A stretch of DNA of 64,000 bases from Zancudomyces culisetae HAW-14-8 (taxonomy: Eukaryota > Fungi > Kickxellomycota), in assembly GCA_052426225.1 (NCBI GenBank), contig JBNJNM010000011.1:3906001-3970000 (forward strand), given 5' to 3'. Position 1 is the first letter of the stretch, and every line of letters starts with the position of its first letter. Below the pieces are notes generated by a model. It did no database searches, had not been told where the DNA came from, and saw only the letters and a list, made by a program, of their open reading frames with translations. A program made the position numbers and the translations under genes. This document shows positions 45,701 to 55,800 of this stretch, in pieces.

Positions 45701-46912
45701 ATAATACTTGGTTCTCATTTCATCTCTTTCTTTTCCTGTCTTTCCCTCTCGCTCTTTCTCATTTTCTCTTTCTTGCTGCTCTCGCTCCTGCTCAGAGCGT
45801 TGTTTGACGCGCTCAAGCTCGCTTATCTCCTGTACAAGCTCTTGTAGGCCACTTTCTTTGCGCTGTAAATCCCGCTCGATTTCACGCTGCTTGTTTTCCT
45901 GATCTTTCAGCTTGCGTTTTGTTGCTATTACTGCTTCACGTAACCCAACTAAAACCGGTTGCTGCTCTTCAATCTGTCGCTCAACCATCCGAACTGTCTT
46001 ATCATCTTTAATCATTTGCTTGTAGGCTTTTGCGGATTCCCTTTTGTACCCGTTCAACTCCTGCTCTTTTTGCTCCATTTCACGTTCTTTGCTCTGAATT
46101 GCATTAGTATCATCATCAATCTCTTGTATTAAAGAAACCTCTTTTTGTTCACCCTGGTGAATTAGCAGCCGCATGTACTCGGTTTCCATTCGGCTAATCT
46201 CTTGTCGCTTGCTCTCGTATTCCTCTTGCTCTTTTTTCATCTCCATAAGCGACTTTAGCTCACTCGCAAGCGCCCTTCGCTTACTAAAAAGTAGATTACT
46301 CTGCTCAGCTGCCGCTTCCTCCTGTCTTCTTAGCTCTTCGTACTGTTCCCTATATTCGGCCGAGCCTGAGACGCGCTCTACCAGTCGTGTCAACTCCATT
46401 GGTGATTGTGATGCAATTGATTCTACATCCCCCTGAAACACCAGGAAGTTTCGTGCTTTTACCATCACGCCTTGCCGTTCCAGCTCAGCATTGTACTCTC
46501 CAAAGCTTACCACTCCGCCATCTATCCTGTACTCGCTCCCACCAGTTATCGTTACAATGCGTTGAAATTTCTTCTCTATAATTTCTACCTCTTCCGGTTG
46601 TCCTGTCTCTTCAGCTTGGTTTACCCTTTCTCCCACCCTTAGTTTTTTCGATTTTATAACCACGGATACCATTGCTCGCTTTATGGTCTCTCTCTTGCTT
46701 AAACCGGATCCTTTGTAGATCAGATCTTTTAATTGTGCTGATCGCAGCTGTGTTCCCTTTACCCCCAGCACAAAGCTTATTGCATCCATCAAGTTACTCT
46801 TTCCTGACCCATTAGGTCCCACGATCGAAGTAAATGAGCTAAATGGCCCTATTACCTGATGGCCTTTGTACGATTTAAAGTTTTCCAACTCGATTCTATC
46901 TATTATCCCCAT
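42770..46912 (-). CDS. SMC1: Cohesin subunit SMC1
   Basis: ENFKSYKG, Walker A GPNGSGKSNLMDAISFVLG, NFLVFQGDVESIA, hinge GRATFLPLD and GNISGG, PPLKRFRDIESLSGGEK, and Walker B/D-loop VLDEVDAALD. Confidence 0.95.
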   Translation of the reverse strand: MGIIDRIELENFKSYKGHQVIGPFSSFTSIVGPNGSGKSNLMDAISFVLGVKGTQLRSAQLKDLIYKGSGLSKRETIKRAMVSVVIKSKKLRVGERVNQAEETGQPEEVEIIEKKFQRIVTITGGSEYRIDGGVVSFGEYNAELERQGVMVKARNFLVFQGDVESIASQSPMELTRLVERVSGSAEYREQYEELRRQEEAAAEQSNLLFSKRRALASELKSLMEMKKEQEEYESKRQEISRMETEYMRLLIHQGEQKEVSLIQEIDDDTNAIQSKEREMEQKEQELNGYKRESAKAYKQMIKDDKTVRMVERQIEEQQPVLVGLREAVIATKRKLKDQENKQREIERDLQRKESGLQELVQEISELERVKQRSEQEREQQERENEKEREGKTGKERDEMRTKYYQIKAEIETKYSKQNLELQTLQKQVSKLAKQSEQVNQQIQDLTQQIQQKQQQVDSQNEQIDGDIQTVQQLEQKYKELELQRKKNEREHERLEVLEQEASEKLGKVLEQIVETKRKMADNRQEAKRAEMIAGLRRLFHQNNNGANNAGGRLVVHGRVADICAPIQSKYDEAVRVVLGRNSDAIVVDTQQTAIECIRYLREQRAGRATFLPLDIMSNASASTASMDIDDDGGVGMGMDMDVDVDFGLQGIRIKRATQVIRYDMVYDQVMKYVCANTVVCENIQQAKQFQRSSRRNTKVKVVTLDGTVIERNGNISGGYSASQAHGTSDMASDAKRLNKLIQTREELAAQINQTSQRKAKLLLLLQQSSPSASAPGTMPSTTDDTLQRLEMARDILSGSKRRLQTLLSEKQQLQHKHDILASSLPSQQENIDLELKIEELKSVVNKPFVAFCQKYNFDSIESYEDAVINATKLQQQQHANIARISSQIDKLQTQRSFEDDLKSQMSDQLNVLNAQIQATKDQIEQFTARADELETNTLQNNLLVQLNDSKAKYKTARQTYAELQQKILELTQNISGLLAESIRDGKRLVGNKSAQLERLRLEKYRLLVKAKYEGMEGIQLSFSASEGSSKGKKGAEAGVVKSLKDVDVDSLKRMVLNNQSQEHQQISVVLSAKTKGRLASDNAEATLREMIEQLEVQIAQYRKMLQSSVGAGGSVNVAQATATTGVNLGHLEAKTKVLSTKLSAIDHEFTKIRNHAKSASSAFLQIKRKRTELFLDMYNYLAQHIDAFYKQLTIVPNLFPMGGTAYLTLETPTASANTGGSGANSATASGAGVEPYCGGIKYHVMPPLKRFRDIESLSGGEKTIAALALVFTIQSYRTKLLPATSSTTIDGDGSRFYVLDEVDAALDTNNLNMLARYISNSSSVPPSVGSPINQFIVISLKQKLYEKSKSLLGVYKHNTFSDSSTIPSNTESRILSLNLS

Positions 46913-47843
46913 CTTATCCTGCTATTACTTGTAAACCGACTATTCATTCCCTTAAGTGTGGTTTACTGGTACTTTTTATTTCCTTTAGTGTACTTAAATT
47001 TGTCTTTGTGTGTTTACCTTTTTTTGATATTGATGAGTTTTATTTTATACTGAATCGTCTCTTTATTTACACACATCAACATTTAAATAAACAATCAATC
47101 ACGGCTTCCAATTTACTGAGAAATTGAGCGTTTTAATTTTTATTCGCCAGCAATATTTTGTTTAACTATTTGTTGTTTACCAAATCGGTTTCATTTTTTG
47201 CCATTGTTTATATTTGAAGGCACCTAATTGCTTCAGCTATTTTACTCGGATTTCGGCTTTTCTTTTTCCTTTTTCCTTCCTTTTCCTATTAAGCCCAGCC
47301 TATAAAATAGCACCTCCCTCCTTTCAGACTGGTTACAAAATCGGTTTTTATAATTGGCTCAAACAACAAATGGGTAATTATAAAATAACATATCCAAAAT
47401 ACGATCAACCTCACTGTCTTTTATTTCCTTTTATTCCCCCAGCTCACATTCTATTTCATGTCGCAGTACTTTTAAATAAGACCATTCCTGTTCACTCGTA
47501 AAACTGTTATAATTTTCTTCTCAAAGTATAAGCGTTGCACCACAATACCAACTAAGTTTGTTAACAATTTTGCGTTTCTCAAGAAATCATCTAGAAAAAG
47601 AATCTCCGCCATGTACAAGAGATGCAAAGCTTTTCAATTTTTTTTTCTCTGTTTCTTATTCACCAATTTTCTCCTTCCCCGAGCTTTCTTTTCGTTTAAG
47701 CTAATCAATCAAACACCACATGCAATAGAAACACTTTCCGCTTATTTTAACCAGTTAAAAGAACTTTACCTTTAACTCACTAATCCCTTTTTTTTCGATT
47801 TCGTTTTTATTCTGCTTTTTATTTCGTTTTTGTATAAAACAAG

Positions 47844-47937
47844 GTACGTTTTACAATAATCAATCATAAAGTACAAATATATATATTCTACTACAAAAAG
47901 CACATTAATAAAAAACTCCTGAAATCCACTAATACAG
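47844..47937 (+). other. Probable 5'UTR intron of the selenoprotein H gene
   Basis: AAG|GTACGT donor, CACTAAT branch-point-like motif and ACAG acceptor 11 nt before ATG 47949. Confidence 0.55.
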
Positions 47938-47948
47938 CATTCAAAGAA

Positions 47949-48768
47949 ATGGTGGTGACGCGAAGCCAAGGCAGGGATCAAACCCCTGTCGCTAGCAAAC
48001 CACAGCTTGATGGAACCGAAAAGGTAAAAAAGCCTGCTGGATCTGTCACAAAACCAAAAAAGTCAACAAAATCAGGGAAATCTCCAAAAAAGGCAAAAGA
48101 AGCAAAAGAACTCAAAAAAGAACCCGAACTGTTCAACGAACAGCCCAAAGATAACCAGACTAGTACCACCACACAACTCGGTGATCAATCTCAGAACGTA
48201 AATGTCTCACCACCGGCCCATACCGATCAGCAGCCGGATATGCCAACAAGTTCCACACTGCCTGAGAAAGACCCTACTAAAATGGAAACGGAATCTGAAT
48301 CTGATACCAAAACTGAGCTGGAGTCAAAGACACTGACACCTACCGTAAAGGCTACAGAGAAGATTGAAAAGGCTGGTGAAATTGAGCCAGAACAGCAAGA
48401 TAGCAAACTAACTCTTTCTATCGAACACTGCACCAGATGACGAGTCTTTTCGTCGAACGCCAAACGTGTCATCGCGGCTGTCGACAAGCTTTACCCAAAC
48501 AGATTTACATTTGTTGTTAACCAAAATAAGCCCCGAACAAACTACTTTAATATTACCATATCTTCTATATGCAAAGGTACAGTTATATTCTCAAAATATT
48601 CAAGTAATCGAGACAATGTACACTTTTATTATAAGATAACATAAAATAATACATTTAGAGTCAACCATATGGTACGGTAATAAGCTAGGCCCTCCAAGAA
48701 AGCTCAAGTTCCCTGAAATCTCCACCCTGGAGCCTCTTATTAGTGCATTTATTGATTCCTTGAACTAA
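47949..48768 (+). CDS. SELENOH: Selenoprotein H (Rdx/thioredoxin-like fold, CxxU); exons 47949-48576 and 48659-48768; in-frame TGA 48438-48440 read as Sec164; 245 aa
   Basis: Read-through gives LSIEHCTR-U-RVFSSNAKRVIAAVDKLYPNRFTFVVNQNKPRTNYFNITISSICK|ESTIWYGNKLGPPRKLKFPEISTLEPLISAFIDSLN*. This is colinear with vertebrate SelH as I recall it (VVIEHCTS-U-RVYGRNA...VNPTKPRRGSFEVT...LWTGIKKGPPRKLKFPE). The intron 48577-48658 (GTACAG...TAG) restores the frame. Confidence 0.93.
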
Positions 48769-48772
48769 ATAC

Positions 48773-48861
48773 ATATATAACCTGTTGAACAGATCCCCAA
48801 CTAACCATGCTTACTGCTAAAAAAAAGAAGAGAGTGGGAAGGGGTCTAAGGAATTATATGT
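48773..48861 (+). promoter_or_regulatory. Candidate non-canonical SECIS-like 3'UTR stem-loop of the SelH gene
   Basis: Folded by hand: ATATATAA/TTATATGT, CCT/AGG, AGATCCC(48791-97)/GGGGTCT(48841-47), CCAT/GTGG and an apical A8. TGAA at 48786-89 lies just below the main stem. Confidence 0.45.
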
Positions 48862-51800
48862 TCATGGTGATCGCTGTTCTAGTAGTCATATTTTAATTAT
48901 GAGGAAAATATATACCCTGTCGTTTGCTTTTGAATCATTTCATCATTAAGGATTTGGTACAAAGCAGATGCCATTGTTTTTCACTGTAAAAATCTTAAGC
49001 AGAGAAGGTAAACTATACTCCCATTATCACTTTTTTTATTTTAATATCGAATATACCAATTACTTGAATAACCTACACCATTGTACGCATTTACAAGGTG
49101 CGAATGATATTTAGCTAAAACTCTTGATTTGGGTATTCATAGATTTGCACCTGCAGTTTTAGGCTGTCTGTGTATACGTCTTTTCCTTCCGCTTAGCAGT
49201 GTATTTTCTGAAAACTTATACTCTATACGAGTCAGGAGAAATACGAATCTCCTTTAAATTATATGGTTATAGAATAGCATCATTAGCTGGATTTTTCTTT
49301 TTCTCTTTTTTTAAGGAATAAAAGATAAGTTAGCTCTTTTACGTATTTGATGGAGTAATGCCAGTTAAAGTCAGATAAACGATTCAATTGATATACTTTT
49401 CTTGTAGTGCATTATGAAAGTCGTTAGTCTACTATAATTTTTTTTTGTCAAGATTCAAATTAAATAGTATGGCTGCTATAGCCTTAGTTACACTTTCAAC
49501 ATGTGTAACAACCACATATGGAGCGGCAATTGTATAAATACTAAATTGAGTTGTACGCTGTATCTTTTATCTTTAATCTCCAGCTCAACTAAAGTCAAAA
49601 AAGGTATCACCAAAACGTACCAAAGCGTATATCTCACTAATTCAGCTATTAACTGTGTCATTTTTTGCGCCCGAAGTCATTGGCACGTTTTCATTTTTCT
49701 GCTGCCACCTTTTCCTGTTGTGCTTACCTTATTTCTAATGTATGTTCCAAGGATAAAAAAACCAATAGCTGTTGCCTTTCTTTCAACACACCTCCCCCCC
49801 TTCATTGCTGTCACGCTAAAAACACCTTACTATCTAAAAAAAGGCTCCAAATGAATATGCAAAACAACACTTTGTCCCCTTTTATAAATAACTAATATAA
49901 AACGCTGTATTTTACAGATAAGTTGCAGCACATAAAAAAGAAGCTGTACTAGAAAAGATATTGGGAAGAGGGTGAAATTAATAATAGTATGCCATGAAAA
50001 CTGTACCTACTTGATTCCTGACTCATATTCAACGCTGTTTACCCGCAATTGTCTATAGGCATCTTTGTCTTTTAGAAGAATGAGAGTGGTAAAAAATATC
50101 CAAAACCTGCCGATGATTTTGCTGCAGCCTCCCCCCCCCCCACAACAAATTTATGTGCTGGTTACCTGTTTACACGAGTTCACCGTGAACGTTTTCCTGT
50201 TTCATGGTATGGGACTGGGGCATAGAGAGTATTTTTACAAAATACTCGGCACGAAATGGGTATAAGAATACGAAAGAGAATCCTGTTTCTGATCATTTGA
50301 TACGACTTATGTTTCGGTGGATCCTGGCATGTATATCTCGTACTAATTAGTCAGTGGTTTCACTAAGTTAAAATTTAACTGTACCATACTTTATTAGTGC
50401 AGTACCCAGCTTTATTCAAACAGGATATATGTGGTTATTCAGCCATACTGTTTTTTTGACAAATATAATCCTGACTGTATTGTACCTCGCCTTTTTTATC
50501 TCTCTTCAACAAAGATGGCGAGAAACAGGTATTTTGATTTTGGGGTAAGCGACTGAAGTTTTGAAACAAAATTTACATATTTGTTTATTTGCTTAACTTT
50601 AGTAATACTGTTACAACTACTGCTTAGGTTACAGCTTGTTAATGACAATCACCAGGTGTATAATATCACCCTTTGCATCTACTCGTTACACTTCTCTCCT
50701 CTCCCCCACTATTTTTTGAAGATAATACCCTCTCCCTGCGTAACTCGTTTTTACATGGTTAGTTTTCGTATATTATAAAATAATGTGGCCAAGGTGTGAG
50801 CATTATGGGAGAGACCATAACTGGGAAGCAGTTAAATTTGATTTTTCAATAAAACAAGAGACTTGTTTTTTATACATAACCAGAAGAGTGCAGCACTTTT
50901 TCTGGTCAACTAAACTTGGAAAATTCTCAACCCGTGTGTAGATTGCTAATTTATTTTTTTGGCGGAGCCTACAGGATATTTATAGGCCCATTACTTGTTT
51001 AGCAACTCTCCCTGTTGAAAGCATAAAAAAATTTAATTTGAGGATGGGTGCATGGTGGGCAACATGCTTTTTTTTAGAATAGCGCCGAATCATCAAATTA
51101 GAAGGAGCAGTAAAACACTATTTTCTCGCCTAGTGTTCATCACACCCTGCAATATCTATTTACAATTTCTTTCTATCCCTTTAAACATAAGGTTACATTA
51201 GCAACTACCAACAAATTCTACGCAATCGAAGCCCATTAGCAACCATTCAAGTTAATACAGTGTACGCCATTAATAACAAAACTTCAAAAAGATTATAATC
51301 ACGATATGTATAATGGATATGACTGATCATTCGTATATAAGGGTAGCTTGTGGATATTCGAAGACATTACAGGCTAAATTCTTGCAGAATTATGGGCTTT
51401 AATAAAAAAATGCGTCCGAAATCTTAAGATAAAGTTTCTACATGAAACCAACCTCTGATAGATCATTAAAATTGATTACTGCTCGTCAATGCAGACAGAT
51501 TGAATTGTAACATGAAAACATTCCAGCAAGGAAACGGAATAAAACTGCACCTTAGGAAAACACATGCATGAGCTGCGGAGTTTTATAGTCAAGCACTTAG
51601 TGTAGAGCTCAGTTTATCAGCAATTTCTGGTTTTTCTAGAATACTGGAATTGAGTTGTACTTTGCTCTAGTTTATGTACACGTGTTATCAGTAGGCATTT
51701 TTTCATTTAATTTCCTTTTGAGGGAAGGAGATTGGTTAGGAAATAACTGGCAAAATGGATGGACGAAATCCATATAAGAGTTTTCCAGAAAATGGCGTAA

Positions 51801-52581
51801 AATATTATTTTTTTATATAAAAATGGCGAAATAAAACACTATTATGATTGGTTAATTAATTAATATAGGAGCTGTACTAACTAAATTAAAAGGCTTAAGG
51901 CTTAATAATTAATTTGGCTAGACCTATATACTAAATAAAATAACAATTTAATCTATTGTTTAACTGCTTATAAATACAATTGCCGCAACCTTAATTTATA
52001 CTTACATAGTAGCACCTCTAAACTCGTTTTTGATGTGCAGCAATCAACAAAGATTTACTCATCCAGGTACAATAAACCAAAAATGGAAAGTAAAAAAACT
52101 GTGAATGCGTACATTTCCAGTTTTTTGGTGTATTTCGACTCACTTGAGTGATAACAACACTATGATTACTAATTCAAAATCTTGATTTATAGAAATAAAA
52201 CAATAATATGTGATGCAGATAGCTGCGGTGAGCTATTGCAAAAAAAAAGAAAAAGAAAAAGGGTATAAAATACCAAGGCTGTCCAACTGCTAATAGCTAA
52301 GCCAACGAAGCAAGCATTTACACTTGAACAGTTTTCTTTTGTTCCGTGTGTCTTAATAAAATTAAAAAAGGAAAGAATCAAAACAAAGAGTAAAACCAAC
52401 ACTTTAGTGAACTCGCACTTTTCTATCTAAAGGTTGAGTGAGAGGTATAACTTGGAAAATTAAATAAGTTTTAGAGCATACGAGCTTTAAAATATCTAGC
52501 AGCAAAAGTAGAAAAAAGTAGAGTAATACTTGCTCAAAGAAAATCAGAATTTGTATCACTTGTCAAAAACGTGTACATAAC

Positions 52582-52824
52582 ATGGATAGGAAAATAAACT
52601 TGCATCAAAAAGACACTTTCACAAAATTCTTTTCGAGTGACTTTGTAATCAAAAAAATTAGAAAAGCACTAGACATACCTCCAAAATATACGCGGGGGAG
52701 TTGGAAGTACTGTGAAGAGTTTCCGTCGCCACCACCGCCGTACTGGATATCTGAGAACACTCCTCCATATTATATAGCAATAGAAATGGGTGTTGATGCA
52801 TCACCATTTTACGCCAATCCCTAG
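52582..52824 (+). CDS. Possible small protein (80 aa) with PPxY motifs
   Basis: ATG-initiated, more GC-rich than its flanks, and contains PSPPPPY and TPPYY. It is isolated in a gene-poor region. Confidence 0.35.
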   Translation: MDRKINLHQKDTFTKFFSSDFVIKKIRKALDIPPKYTRGSWKYCEEFPSPPPPYWISENTPPYYIAIEMGVDASPFYANP

Positions 52825-55800
52825 ACGCGAACCCTAACTTCTGGTAGTAGTAAAAGGCGTATTTGTAGGATATCACATAACCACTACAGTGGGTTGACGC
52901 CTACCCACTGTTCACTCTTTAAGCCTAAAAACAGGGGTTTTAAACACAAGTTCGATAAGGGAAACTATATATTAGCATGGAATTGGGTGCTCAAACATCT
53001 ATATAGCTTACATTTGATAATACCTTATTATTATTTTATACTAGCCAATTGTTTTGTATTATTTACACAGTATTTATTTGTGGTAGAAAGAAGTGTAGGC
53101 AAAGTGCATACATATCTACTAATAAATATCGGAAATTTAGTCGGGCTGAGTAGTCTGGTTGATAGTTTAAAACGATTTGCGTTACAATATTAGTGGGTAA
53201 TATCGACGGATATTGCGTATTGATTTTATTTTAGATATCAAGCAGTAGTATGTATGCGCATATATGTGTATGTGTGTTCACAGCCACAACATCCTTCTTG
53301 TTCCAGGTAAAATTTGGTCGAGTATTAAAGATGTAACACGATTTGATACCCTGCTGAAAAACATATTTCGTGCTTTGAAATAAGTAATATCGCAACTTGG
53401 GCCGTTTTCAACTGAAAATAAGCTGTACTGTAAAAATTCGAAGCTTACAGATAAAACACCATTCGAGCAATTTTATTCTTGTTGCTTTATACCTCTGATT
53501 TAAATAAACATGAACATGTCGCATTTTCAACAGAATAAAAGCCAAATTAGCATATATTATATGCCCAGGATCCTATTCTTCTTTGTAATTTTGGAATAAA
53601 CGTGGCAAAAAGGAGCTTTTATTTTTATTTTGGTTAATGTGTTACTGGAGAAGTATATGATTCTAAAGATATCCCTGTTGATGGACTGACTGGAGTCTAT
53701 GACTGGGATTGGCAGTAAAATACTACCGAAAGATAAATGATTTTTTTATTAGTACTTGTACTGGTTCATAGAACACTACACAATGTGATAAATGTTGCAA
53801 GCAGCTTTACTATGCTCAATGAGTAAAAAAGTGCAAAATACAAAAATTCCATGCTCATGGGAGATATTTTTTAAACCAGAGTTGGCAGGTGGTGTAGAGA
53901 GACGAAAAAATGCTATGAAAGGGGTAGATATATTCCACTATAACCAGATACTTTGATTACATTCAACTTGCTCTTTTAGATATACACATGAAGAGGTTTG
54001 ATTCAGATAAAAGACTCCTTGTTTCGTTCTATTTCACTATGAGCTTACTCGAAAAACGTTATATAGCTGAAATAGGATGCATAATTGTATTTTATTATAC
54101 CGTTAAGTGAGTATGGTATGAATAGGCATAAATAACTTGCTCACATTACGCTTGACACCGTGGTAGCTGCGTATATCGCATCTGCTATACCGACCTTATT
54201 TATTTCAAGCACTCCACCTTATGAAGCATTACAGTGTGCCTACCAAAAGTAAAATGCTGATAGTACCACTGTATGGTTTAGACCTCATTCACAATTACAG
54301 TTATTTGGATAGAGCTAATAAATAATACCTTATACGATTTATTTTTTTTGGGGGAGTAGCGTAAAAATAAAATTGTTAATTAGCCAACTATGGAGAAACG
54401 TAGCAATTAACCTACTCGTTCATTTCAACTATCCACTAGATACATAATGTACTATTATTAAGAAAAAGACGTTGTAAATATTTTGTTTTCAGCAGATAGA
54501 GCACAATATACCTGTTTTTGGTATCATTGAAATACCTGATATTAATATGTTTGTTGTTTGATTCTCTCAGCTACAGTACTTTGTCATAGTAATCAAAGTA
54601 CATAACAGCAATCAAAATAAATTGCACATAGATTGTGACAGTGTGATTTTCATGGGGCTAGAATGAATATAAACGCTAAAAGTCTAAGAATCGGTTTTCT
54701 TTCCCAAAAATATTTGCGAGTAAATCACTGTATAAATTAAAATGAAACTGCGAAAAAAAATTTATTAAGAAATGTGGGTAGTAATTTTTGTAAAAATGAC
54801 TCCCACACTTAATTACCTCTATTTCTCATATTAATGTGGCAGGTAAAACTGTGTTAAGAATTTGGTAAATTAAATTCACTAACTAATAGTTGATAAAAAG
54901 ACGCAAATAGCATTTGTGATTAATTAACCTCATTGGTAAAATGATAAAATTATTTGCGTAACCCAATAGGTTGCAGGTACTCGTAGCAATTAAACTTGAT
55001 GTCCATTGTCAGCATTGTTAAACTTTAAAGATGATGTTAACTGTGGTTAACGAAGGGAAATGTGTGCAGCACTCAAGCTGTAAATACACCCTATAGAATC
55101 TCTAAGATTACAAGTACAAAATATTGCTTCCCAAAAACTGCGTCTTCCCACTCGTATTTTTTATTAAGAGAAAAGTAACAGGAACCCGAAGAGCTTCATT
55201 AGAGTACAACACTAGAGCTTTTTTGACACTTGTAGTAAAAACCCGAGAGAAAACAATGGTAAATATGGTAACAAGTGCCACTATTCCTATCGGCTGTAAA
55301 CTCAGTTAAGACGATAGTTTAATGAATTGGCACTTTTCAGCGCCAGAGGTAAGGATACCAGGCAATTAAATATCTTTTACCACACCCGGTGCAGCTGTTG
55401 GAGAATATCCAGATTTGTGACTGATCTTTTCCCTACATTTACAAAAATAAGGTATAAAATACTCGGTATTAGTCAATATATGCGAAATAATAAAAAAATG
55501 AGGTGTCATGTAACCAGTCCGGGTGGTATGAATAAAATGCGTGTGTAAGAGAATTGGTGATACCCTGCTGCTATTTTATATCATTTCGGTGTCCGTCAAA
55601 CTAAAACCGAGTTTTTGCATTTGGTGTTACGCCTCTTGGCCCATTTTTTGAGAACCCCATTCAATGCAGTTTGAATTGTTCATGCTTGACAAAGGAGTGG
55701 AGTAGGTGGGGGGGGACTAAATGCTCTCGAAAAATTATTTGTGTTAGGAGAAAAAAAGTACTCGTTCTGTGCGGCTCACACTCTTCCTTTTTGCTGTTAT

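Noticed and set aside
47949-48440. ORF-track call of a 163-aa protein ending at TGA, or a pseudogene interpretation
   Set aside because: SelH homology continues in frame past the TGA with an intact intron and C-terminal motif, and the TGA is exactly at the Sec position.
48899-48934. ATGAG...CC...TGAA as a canonical (CC-type) SECIS core
   Set aside because: The spacing is roughly right, but helix II pairs poorly by hand (about 3 contiguous pairs). Kept only as a fallback for SECISearch3.
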